This document shows positions 39,286 to 51,328 of a DNA stretch of 64,000 nt, in pieces. Every line of letters starts with the position of its first letter. Within the stretch, counting starts at the first letter, position 1. The stretch spans positions 16,802,001 to 16,866,000 of the forward strand of contig JAQFVV010000009.1 of NCBI GenBank assembly GCA_028023455.1, given 5' to 3'. The translations under genes were made by a program, and so were the position numbers. A model generated the notes under the pieces. The model had not been told where the DNA came from and ran no database searches. It saw only the letters and a list, made by a program, of their open reading frames with translations. This DNA is from Epiperipatus broadwayi (lineage: Eukaryota > Animalia > Onychophora).

Positions 39286-40187
39286 ATTAGTTGTAACCAT
39301 GATTGTAATTAAAAATATATGTAGTTATAAACCTTCAAACAGAATCATGAGATAACAAAAATGTGTTTTTAACTGTCCAAAGGTACAGCTAATGGATAAG
39401 AAAATGAAAGTAAACTAACACTTAATAATTTTTCTGTATTCTTTCGCAACTGTTTTTCATTGTGCTGAAAAAAAATCCATAATGAAGTTTTATTATTTTG
39501 AAATTTGTACTATTATATTACAACAGAAAATCATTTAGAATTTTATAAAACTGTTTTATAACAATTTATTTAATTGATCATAAAGACTAATATTTATCAT
39601 TAGAATAAGAATAGTAAAATTAGCATATTGTACATTATCAAAAAGTTAACTTAAAAAATATATATTCTGACATATTAAAAAAGAAAAAAAAAATGTATCT
39701 AATGCATTTTGAGTTTGCATATTATACTTAATATTAAAGGGCTTTTTCACAATATGCACTATACAGATCTAAATAGATTGTACTTTATATACAAATATGC
39801 TAGCTATGGCAGGGGTTTTTTTTGTCATGAAATATCACATTTTACTAAATGTGGTAGATATTTTCTTGGGAATGACTTTAAAATTTTTCTATAAGTGCAG
39901 AATAAAGCAGAGATATGAACTATTTAAATAAATATTAAAGGTATGTTTTCAGTTTATTTGTATATGCAATTTTGTTCATGTTTTTTTAAAATCAAAAATA
40001 CATTTATATTAACAATTTTATGCTGAATAAAAATTTCATATTTATGCTTTTATACATGTGTGGTAATGTTACAAGTTGTTTTAAAATTGAGAAAATAGAT
40101 TGTTATTTTTGATTTAGATTTAGTAATTTTTGATCATACAGAATTCACTATTATGAAATCATTTTTTCCCCAAAAATAACAATTATG

Positions 40188-40474
40188 GGTACTTGAGTAT
40201 TAGTCTTGCAACATGAAGCATGTATTAGATATGCTACACCTTTTCACATTCGTATCAATATGCTGATAACTTTAATCTTGTGATCTGACCAAAATAACAT
40301 TTACCTGGATCTTATACATGATATTTTTCACAAGATTTGCAAAAAAATAATGTGTACATGGATCTTGTACATGATATTTTTGTAAGATTTACAAAGTTAT
40401 CAGCAGGTTGATTATGTATGTGAAAAGGTGTAGCATGTCTAGTATAGGCTTCATGTTTTAGAACTAAAAATACC
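40188..40474. mobile_element. MITE-like element with ~75-bp imperfect TIRs
   Basis: 40201-40273 vs 40393-40466 are reverse complements (atgctacaccttttcaca / tgtgaaaaggtgtagcat); internal 23-bp direct repeat tggatctt(a/g)tacatgatattttt. Confidence 0.7.
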
Positions 40475-40529
40475 ACTTTCACATCACTAAAAATATAAAA
40501 TATGGAGCGGAATTATATACAACTTAAAA

Positions 40530-40790
40530 TTTATAACAATAGTAAATGGAACGGAGTTTAAATTTATAACAATAATAAAAATATATGAACTTGAGCAAGA
40601 AATCAATATTAAAAAGAACATTTAAAAAAAATTTTGATTTGCCATATACAAATATATATAACTTTCACACAAAGAAACTTTTAAAATTTATAACAATAAT
40701 AAATCAATATTAAAAAGAACATTTTAAAAATAAATATTGATTTGTCATACTAGAAATATATATGACTTTCACACTGTAAAATTTATAACA
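40530..40790 (+). repeat. Degenerate AT-rich tandem repeats (~103-bp duplication plus aaatttataacaat motifs)
   Basis: aaatcaatattaaaaagaacattt at ~40599 and ~40701; aaatttataacaat occurs four times. Confidence 0.7.
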
Positions 40791-41269
40791 ATGCTAAAGA
40801 TATTAATTTCACAAAAAAATAAGCTGATCTTAAAAAATACATTTTCTCGGCCCAAAAATATATAAAATATGAAATGCCATTTTGCAAGATTCAAATGTTA
40901 TTTTAGATACAGACAAAACAATCACTAAATTATTATTTTTTTAAATTTTATTTACAAATGAACATAAAATATACACATATGCTACTTACCATTTAATATA
41001 TAACAGGAATTGTCATGTTGAAACAAACAATTTAGCATTTACTTTTTTGACACAAAATGGAGACCTTAGCTCAAAAATTCTCTCCAAAATGAAGTTTTAC
41101 TGAACACAATTGTGCAGTATAGTGGCTAAATGGGATTTTCCACAGAAATGCTAATAAACAAATGTATTTTTTTTAAAAAAAAAAAAAACTAAAACAAAAT
41201 CATGAAACACTTTTATTAACTTTTCATCCTAGCAGAGAAATTTTTTATGTAAATGAATGCATCGTCATT

Positions 41270-41395
41270 TTTTATGCGATCTACACCACATAAATTTGGC
41301 CAAATATGAGTCAAGGTGTTACCTTGATGACCCTCACTGATGCTTATTTTGCCATTTCATGGAACCCCATAATCTTTCAATGTTTTGTGTGTGAC
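41270..41395 (-). mobile_element. Merlin/ISXO2 (IS1595-like) transposase C-terminal fragment
   Basis: SHTQNIERLWGSMKWQNKHQ*GSSR*HLDSYLAKFMWCR matches the HTQxIERLW...HLDSYLAEFMWR pattern. Confidence 0.75.
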
Positions 41396-42049
41396 TCCTC
41401 ACACTAAAATTATCATAACTGGAAGTTATGAAAACAAAAGAAAAAATGCAATTAAAATAAAGCTGTTGTCAGAAAGAAATATGGACAATAACTGAGAAAT
41501 ATATTTAAAAGAAAACGCATTTTGATAAAACATGTTTTCACATGAAATTGGATAAGGGTTTATTTTGCTTAAATTTGATGTGATGACAAGATTACACATT
41601 TATTGTGGATGTGAAAAGGCATACCATCTCCTCTACATTGCAGGACTAATAATCAAATATCCAATGTAGATAACTAAATTACAATATGATGATCATAAAT
41701 TTTGCTACAAGCAAAATATTATTAGTAAAAGTTTTAATCCATAAAAGTAAGTAAATACAGTGTACAGTTTTTAAACTAATGTAGACATTTTAAAACTTAA
41801 TATATGTTAATGTATTTGGATGTACATGATTTTAATTATTTATTGTACTGAATAAAACATTTTTGTGGGGCTTTGTAATCATTAACAATGAAAATTTTTA
41901 CTTTGAATATGTCTCCTTTGTTTAGTCTGTATTATATATAAACACAAATGCATGTAAATATGTTTTTAATATTATATTTATTACCAGAATGCAGACAAAT
42001 AAATATACACTTGTATTTACAAATGTATTTTACAATGGCTATACTTTGT

Positions 42050-42560
42050 CTGCTACTGTTGATGAGGTATAGCTTCTAGTTCTCGGGTGAACTATGGAAA
42101 AAGGGGCTGCAATTGCCCTTATAAGTTTTCTATCACTTTCAGCTGCATCTTAACAGCCTAACATATAAGTAGGTCTCATTACACTTCCAGCTGTATTGTG
42201 ACAGCTTGCCTCATGCCAATGTTTATTTTAGCAGCTTCCAGTCCTGAATGTGAACTTGTCTCACTGTATTAACCATTTAGCTTAACAATCATTGTCTGGA
42301 GAAGGTGAATACTGCTGTTCAGGTTTGACAGTAGTTCTCTCAAAAACATGTATAAAGAACTTGAATTCTGTATTTCAGCTTGGTGATAGTAGTTCTTTGA
42401 CCCTACCTTCAAAAAGACTATTTATTGCCAGATCCCCATCCTTAATGGAAACATTTGGATTCAGTGAGCATCAACACCTATTGGCCTGTTCTTTCCAATG
42501 GCTATGCATTATATACCTATATATGCATAGGTTCAATGAATGCTTAATTTAATCTAGATA
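42050..42560 (-). mobile_element. Decayed LINE (RTE-like) 3' remnant
   Basis: Minus strand SLFEGRVK and AAESDRKL segments resemble the RTE ORF2 C-terminus; many stops. Confidence 0.35.
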
Positions 42561-42877
42561 AGATAGAAACTGGACTAGTCCATTATAAGGCAAGGTGAGA
42601 TATGACAATGTCATTAATGAAGAACTAAATATCTTGTAATGACAGTGGATAAAAATTAAAAATCATATTTTAAATTTATAATCAAAATATTGTAAACAGC
42701 ACTAATATTGTATACTGCATTGGATATTATAAATAGAGTCTGTACTATAGAGTTTCAACAAGAGTCTCTATTTTGCTTTTTGATAAGAGCATTAATAACT
42801 ATCCTATGACTTCATCAGTCTTACAAAATGGCCATTAAAATTTTTTTTGAAATTTTTTTTATAAACATAGTACATTA

Positions 42878-43330
42878 TACAGGCTTAAACCTGCATTTAT
42901 ATATGTAATATATGTGGGTTTGAACTCAGACTTTCACATGACACACCACTCTGAGTGCCATCTCATATTTCTGACCCATCTGATCACACACATGTTGAAA
43001 AGATAAATAATCACCAATATACGTAATTCATGCTAAAACAGCAATCATCAGTTAGTCCAGATTACTATCCTCAGACATATATATAATCAGTACTCAGCTT
43101 TATATTAAGATAGCTAATCTTTATACTTTAATGGACAGGCTTCAAACTATTCCAACACACAACTCTTTGGCCTTCCATTTCATTGAAAATCTGATGATGG
43201 AATGTTCAAAGCCCTTGTTAGTGCCAAGGTTGTCATCCTACCCATGTTGACATATTGGTCATTCTGACCCCTCATGAACAGGAGAATAATCTATTTATAC
43301 ATACATAGATGAGGGATGGGCAGACCTTTT
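42878..43330 (-). mobile_element. Family B HHR-bearing unit (single, circularly permuted monomer)
   Basis: Reverse complement aligns in order to 48434-48635 and then 48636/48161-48412. Confidence 0.8.
43013..43056 (-). ncRNA. Decayed minimal hammerhead, family B
   Basis: ACUAA CUGAUGA UUGCUGUUUUAGCAU GAAU UACGUA UA UUGGU. Confidence 0.6.
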
Positions 43331-44334
43331 ACACACTATTTATAATTGATTGTAAATTAAAGTAGAAAGTTCATATTGATGGTGATCACTATTATGAATC
43401 CTCATATAAATCACAAGTGCTAAGTAGGATATAGGCATATATCACATAATACATTTAATGTAAATCATGCTTAATCAATCAAAACCAAAAATTTAATTAA
43501 TATTTAAGTATTTTTTCTGTGAAGTTGCATCACAGTTTATTTTTTTTTAAATAAATTTAACATTTTTTCTCTCATATCTATTTTAATTCTTTATTATAAA
43601 TATCTGATTTTGATTAATTTTTCATTCTGTTTTTTTTTTAGTTTGATTGTTTTCAACATAATACGTATGAAGTACTTTGTTAGCAGATCTTTGAAGAGGG
43701 TGCTGAAGGACATTCAATTTTCCTTCACCCTCCTATGGTTACCTATAATATTATTTTTCTGGTTTTTATATTCATTTAGATGACAGAAATGGTAATGATT
43801 TATTTAATTTAAAAAAAATCTGAAAGGACAGAAGTGCCAAAATAAACTTCAAAGAATCTGAATCATATCTATAAGCATGCTGATTGATAGAGGATAGATG
43901 TGAAGGTAATTTCATATTCATTTTTTTTATTTTTAATGATCAGCAAAACAAAGCAAAAATATACAACACTACAATTTGATTTTATTTGAATATGCTTTAT
44001 TTTTAAAAATATGTTAATAAATTCCATCATAATAGTAAACAGAAAACTTTTTGAAAACCTTTTTAATATGATATTCTGAAGTGTTTGTAATATTTTAAAA
44101 ATTGTAAATGCAATTTTAAATTTTACAATAGAATTGTAGTTTCACATGATTTGTTTGCATTTTTTTAAAAAAAATAAATAATCAAAAATATTATTTTTCC
44201 ACCAGTTGAACTGACTTTGCTTTAAGCGAACAGATTCATTGTTCTCATTATATATTATCTTTATTATTATTTTTTCTATATTTTCAAAGTTCAAATATGA
44301 TTTCTGTAATCTTACATTTTTACTTCTTATACAG

Positions 44335-44682
44335 TAGTGGTCCCCAACCTTTTTGCACTTAAGAGCACATTCTACAATACTGGCCAGGTGGCGGGCACCA
44401 TTTATTTTTTTCAACCGGATTGCAGGCACCATTTATTTGTTCAATGTAAATTTATAATTGGATATTGTTAATAATACACATAATGTACAAAAAAATATTT
44501 ATTTCAAAAATAAAAATTTAACATTTCATTACAATATAATACAGTAATTTATAAGAAATTTTAAAAACTAAATTTATTTGTATCAGATAAATAATTTTTT
44601 ATTGTGTTCGGATAGCGGCAGGCACATGTAAAATGGTCTGCAGGCGCCATGGTGCCCGCGGGCATAGGATTGGGGACCCCTG
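44335..44682. mobile_element. hAT (Charlie-like) MITE with 8-bp TSD
   Basis: TIRs tagtggtccccaacct / ggattggggacccctg; perfect TSD ttatacag (44327-44334, 44683-44690); CpGs retained. Confidence 0.93.
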
Positions 44683-46060
44683 TTATACAGAATAAAAGTT
44701 TAATAGTAAAATCAAATATTGAATGATTACCAAAATTGCCACCAGAAGAACATATGTAACAAGGCATCCTAATAATCTAGTTATATATTTTGTTAGTAGA
44801 GTATCACTCCTAATGTTTAAGCCTGCAAATGAACTCAGTAAAGGATCATGAGATTAAATAAATAAGCCTTTTGTCGAAAATATCATTTAGGTATATATAC
44901 TAAGCAATAATGGCACTTGCTTCTTTTAAAAGAATGAAAACTTCTCCAGCGTTATTAAGTGAGATTGATTAATAATTGAATAGTTAGTGAAACAAACTAA
45001 TTAAGAAACACATAAAACATTTATCATTGATTGTTATGATGATTATTATTATTCTCCAATATTTGAGTTGAGGATTTTTTTTTTTAAATAATAAGCAAAC
45101 CTATTCCTATTTAATGTTAGTGTCCTGGCAACACTGTCTGATAATACACTTTTCACATCCCAAGTTCAAATTATATTCAGGAAATAAATATTAATATTTA
45201 TTAGACATTTTATATAATTTTCTTTATTGTTATTATTTGTTTTTATTATTTATCTTATATTGTGCAATAAAGTAATTGTTAATTTTTAATATTTCTCTGT
45301 TGTCATTTTTAAAGAAATATTGTCACTACATATTTACGATATAAAGGTCATATTTGAGATATTAACTTTGACATAAAATATATTGGATTAATTACAATAT
45401 TATTGTATTGATGCTATCTGAAATATAGAAGTATTGGGTAAGGCGATGTACATAAAATGCCTTTTACATTGTCGTATTCTAAAACGCAAAAACACACATT
45501 ATTTCCTTATTTTATATAACCCTGAGATAAATCATTTGTCAACTGGATATTTAAAAATGCTAGCCTTAATTTTACACATAAATTAAATTACTCCTGATCA
45601 ATTCTTATAGTAAAACACATTATATTTGCAAAATGTTTTTATTAAAATATAGTACAGATATTATTGAATAACCCTAATGAATTTACTTATTATTTTAGTA
45701 AATGAATCTATTATTATAATATATAATAATTTTAGCTCATGAGAAAATATATAAAACTTGTACATATTGCAAAGTGCAAGTCAAGTTAAGGCTAATCGCA
45801 CTTAACATTATCGACACACCATCTCAAACGACAACAACGTCTCAACTGACCTTTCTTTATGGTTTCAATATAAATATATCACTGATAAAAGATGTTCATT
45901 TCATTAGTGAAAAGCATCTTCTAAAATAATTCCAAATTATTCATATATAAACTTTGATTAAAGCTGGAAAAAAAAAACAAACATAAAAATAATTAAGGCG
46001 AACAAATTGAAAAAATAAAAAATATACAATTTTAGCAACCCCTCCCCCTCGTGTGTCAAA

Positions 46061-46123
46061 GCATCGGCCGTGAAGCGAACCCGCGACAACTGCTTGTAAG
46101 GCAGTGTGCTGACTACTCGGCCA
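46061..46123 (-). pseudogene. tRNA-Val(UAC)-like sequence (pseudo-tRNA or SINE head)
   Basis: A-box TGGCCGAGTAG, perfect 5-bp anticodon arm ACTGC-CTTACAA-GCAGT, B-box GGTTCGCTTC; T-stem imperfect, acceptor stem does not pair. Confidence 0.5.
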
Positions 46124-48228
46124 TTTTTATCCAGAAAGGAATAAATTTTTGAGCAAAAAAAATTTATAAAGCTTTAATTCTGCATAAATAAAAAAAAAAA
46201 GAAATTAAATCTTTGTTTGGGAAAAGATTGAATTATTAAAAAAGCAATGAAATTACATTTATATTACAAAATAGTTCAACAATATTTAACATAGTTGACT
46301 TTGAGAATCAAATACAATTAAAAATTGTACATGTCAAGAAATATTTCAACAATAATTCAATTAATTAATTAGATATATAATTGATCAAGATGTCTAATCT
46401 TGAATTCAATTAAATTGAAGTTATTTTCTAGTGCAAAAAAAATCAGACTAACGTATTCTTTTTCACTATTGCAGTAATAAATTAAAAACCGTTATTATTT
46501 AGCAGACGAATTAGAAACTTATAACAATTAAATTTCTAGACAAGAATAAATATTATAATATATATATATTGGATGCAAGTTTGATTTTAACGCTTTCATT
46601 TTATTACTAATCAGCATATATATTATTTTTATTAATTCATCACCAAACAGATAAGAATATATATATATGGTAAATATTTAATAAGTGACGTTTTCCATTT
46701 TTAATTCTAGTTGAATGTATACAGAAAATGCATTTAACTAGAATTAAAAAAAAAAAAAACACTTTTTAAATAATTACGTCAGTTAAAAATTATAATATAT
46801 AAATAATGGCATTAAAATCAATTTCATTCTTTAAATCAAACTTAAATACCCTTTCCTTAGTTTTGCCCTCTTATAATTATAATGCAATCTAAGTAACTGA
46901 ATAAACCATTTACATAGGCATTCTACATTATTCTGGAATTTAAAATACAATAATCTGACTAACTCATAAAAAATATCAAACTAAAACTGAAGAGAACAAG
47001 ATTACAACTGACATGTTACTTTACAAGACACATATAAATGGCTTTTTTAGTTGCTAAAACTCACTAATCCAAATTTTTTCATTGTCATACTGAGATGCAC
47101 ATCACTAATCTTTCTTATTCAAATGATATGGGGCATCTAAAAATATTTTTTTTACAAAAAAAATTCCGTGAACATAGAACTATCCAAAAATCATCATGAT
47201 TCTACTCCAATAGCATCTTTTACTATAACTGAACTTCAAATAATATTTAAATACAAGTATTGATTTAAATGAACATTTATAGTGATTTTATTACAAGTTC
47301 CAGTTTTCAGTAATAACCATATTATAACCACTACTCCATATTCTTCTTCATTATAAACCAATTAAAGTAGAGATTTTTTATACCAATAATCTGCATCTGA
47401 GAAGCATCTGAAAAACATTTCCCACAAACCACAAACAATAACCAATGGTCAACATTCATATACTAAAAATCAGCATTATCAGTTAACTAAGAATATATAT
47501 TATAAAATCACAATTACTAGAAAAACATATATACAGTATATAAATATTATATTAGACACCATTAACAATATATAGTAACTATATCAATAAACTCCATTTT
47601 TGTTTGCATATCAAATTTCTTATTTAAAGAATGATAGTCTTATTAGAGTAAATATTAAATCAAACAGATGTTCTCACAGCCTCATTCAAAGCAGATTGTA
47701 ATTTAAATTCACAAGATAGAGTTACATTCTATACATTTTAATAGCTTTATAATGTAAACCAACTATCAAATATGTAAATTTTAAATTTGTCTAATTTAAC
47801 AATTGCCTTAATAAAAATATTACTGTCTAATTTAAATTTATATAAGCCGTCACATAAGCAGATAAAAGCGAATTCATTTTTTACTTGCAATGTAGTTTAC
47901 TTTTGCAAGGTACTGTATTAATATAGATAGAGCTTTGGAAATATATCATTAGTTATATATTATTGATATTGTATAATTTAATATTTATATATTTGATATT
48001 TGGTTGTTTGTTTATAAGTTTATTAACATGCACAGAAATTAATTCTATCTTATAAATTTAAATTATAAACAATTTGAGATGTGCGGTCGTCTATGATTTA
48101 ACATTCACTTAATAAAAATCTTCTGTCTAATTAATATTTATAGTTGAAATACACAGGCTTAGGAGGATTTGCTATCTTAATATATATCTGAACACTTGTA
48201 GCATATATGTGTAGAGATGTTAATCTGG

Positions 48229-48272
48229 ACCATCTGATGATTGCTAGTTTAGCATGAAATACGTATATTGGT
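48229..48272 (+). ncRNA. Minimal type-I hammerhead, family B
   Basis: ACCAU CUGAUGA UUGCUA GUU UAGCAU GAAA UACGUA UA UUGGU; helix III palindrome AUACGUAU; predicted AUA site. Confidence 0.7.
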
Positions 48273-48695
48273 GATTATTTATCTTTTCAACATATATGTG
48301 TTCAGGTGTATCAGTGTTATGAGATAGTGTAGAGAGTGGTGGGTCATGTGAAAGTCTGTGCTCATAAACCCTATCAATTACATATGTAAACACAGGTATA
48401 TTATAAGCCTGTGTATTTCAGCTATTACCTATTAAAGATGTCTGCCTATCCCTTGTATATGTATTTAATGGATTATGTCCTGTATATGAGGGGTCAGATT
48501 GACCTTAGGTCAACATGGGTGTGACAAGAATCTCAGCCTCAGAGTGGCCTTTGAGCATTCCATCATCAGTATTTTCAATTGGATGGATGGTTGAAGAGTT
48601 GGAGTGTGGAGTAGATTGAAGCCTGTCCATTAAAGTAGGAGGATTTGCTATCTTAATATATATCTGAGCACATATGTGTAGAGATGGTAATCTGG

Positions 48696-48739
48696 ACCAA
48701 CTGATGATTGCTGGTTTAGCATGAAATACATAGGTTGGT
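48696..48739 (+). ncRNA. Decayed hammerhead, family B
   Basis: ACCAA CUGAUGA UUGCUGGUUUAGCAU GAAA UACAUA GG UUGGU; stem I perfect, helix III decayed. Confidence 0.6.
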
Positions 48740-49519
48740 GATTATTTATCTTTTCAAAATATATCTGTTCAGGTGTATCAATGTTATGAGATAGTGTAGA
48801 GAGTGGTGGGTCATGTGAAAGTCTGTGCTCATAAACCCTATCTATTAATATTTATATAGGATTTTGACAAACAGACAAAAGTGGATTCGTTTTTCATTTA
48901 GAATAAAGACTATTTTGATGCTACAAGATACTATATCATTATAGATTGTCGATCCATTATAGATATAAGCCTATAAGTTACTTTATAATATTTTTTGATA
49001 GTATTATCTAACCATACTTTTTTAAATATTATCTCTACATATAAACAAGTTATCATAAAGTGTATTAACTTTTCTGCCCTAAAACGGATTATAAATAAAT
49101 AATATACTTTATATTGATTCCTAGTTTATCACTGCTTATCAATTTTAAAGCAATTTATTGTAACATTTGGAATTTTGATAAGTTTTATATATCATTAAAA
49201 TGCAAATACTAAAACTTTATTTGTAAACAAAGACAAATACTAAAAGTCTCATCAAACATATTTTTATATTTTACAGTAATCATCAAATATAATAGAACTT
49301 TGCATTGACAACTATTTTTAATGAAAATTTACTATAACAGCACTGCTTGTATATTATGTGCACATACATGCACATTGTTTTTGAATGTTTTTTTAACAAT
49401 GTGCATGCATGATTTGAATTCAAGAATTATGCAGAGCTCCATTTTCTTTTAGAAAATCACTGTTTATAATATTTGATGTAATTCAGGTAATTTTTCAAAC
49501 TTTATATATATAAAGAGCA

Positions 49520-49760
49520 TTTCAATAGCTCTAAACAAGCTTTTTTTAATGATAAATGCTACAAAAAAAAATCATTGAAATTTTTTTTATTTGGGATTGT
49601 TCCCATTTCCAGACCGGTTTCAAGCTATGGTTCTTTTCAGTGAGGAGCTAAGACACCAGATTTAAAAACTAACCCAAGATAAGCATTTATCTAAAAGATA
49701 ACTCTTAAGAAGATCTGAAATTTTAGACATCCACAAGTCTTCAAATTTAGTTCTCCAACT
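49520..49760 (-). mobile_element. Diverged family C relative with HHR at 49607-49645
   Basis: caatagctctaaacaagcttt shared with 56642; minus strand CCUCA CUGAAAA GAAC CAUA GCUU GAAA CCGG UC UGGAA. Confidence 0.7.
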
Positions 49761-49800
49761 GAAATAATCATTATATTTTTATAAGAATTAATACCTGTGT

Positions 49801-50460
<660 letters not shown>

Positions 50461-51215
50461 CAATAAGTGTAATAAGTAGGTAAAGTAAATAGATAGACAG
50501 ATTAGAAAGATCAGTAGATAAATAGATAGATAGGCATATCTGGCATGATAAAAACATCTAATAATATATTTAAAAATAATCTACTAAATATTCATAGAAG
50601 AAATTCTTAAAATTAACTGATGCAGAATTTATTAAAAATTCCAAGAAAATGCTAATTGATTTCACCATATCACTGTAATTATTTGTAAACAATTCTTATG
50701 AACAATAGACTAAAGGACCTTTCAAAATGTTCACTACAATTTTGTTACAATCTTCAGTTTCCTATGTTTTTTTAATAATCCAGCAGAACAAACATTTAAG
50801 GACATCTTTGAAGTGTATTTTAAAATAGAACTGTAAAATTAATGTATTACTATTTTTAAAAGAATGCTAAATTTATTTTATATATATATTTATTTTATTA
50901 CTATTATTTTACTATGAAAGTATATTTCAGCATTCTCCTCAGAGTTATGCAAGTATGAAGAATAGGTACATGGGTTTATTTAGTAATTATACAACTATAT
51001 TGCATACAACACATTTATTTTGTGTGAATGAATTAACCTTGGATGAATGATATTTCTTTTAATAAAGATTATATAGATTAAAAAAATTATTTTTTAAAAC
51101 TTTTTTATTTATTTATCAAGGGTGAAGAGAGTTTTAGGGATAAAATATTTGATCCTTATTTAAATATTAGAGATGATGGATCTCTGAACTTATGTAGGTG
51201 ATATTTTATGTTTAT

Positions 51216-51288
51216 AAATAGTGGCTATCCTTGCATCATATATATATATATATATATATGATGCAAGGATAGCCACTATTTAGCTCAT

Positions 51289-51322
<34 letters not shown>

Positions 51323-51328
51323 AGAGCT
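51216..51328. repeat. Two adjacent (TA)n-centred palindromes
   Basis: aaatagtggctatccttgcatca-(TA)n-tgatgcaaggatagccactattt (perfect, 51216-51281), then agctcataaa-(TA)n-tttaagagct (imperfect). Confidence 0.95.

Larger units (their letters stand above)
48143..48843 (+). mobile_element. Family B tandem HHR insertion (1.5 units, ~470-nt period) with 18-bp 5' inversion and 13-bp TSD
   Basis: aggaggatttgctatc at 48161 and 48636; TSD attaatatttata (48130-48142, 48844-48856); 5' gttgaaatacacaggctt is the inverse of 48405-48422. Confidence 0.88.
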
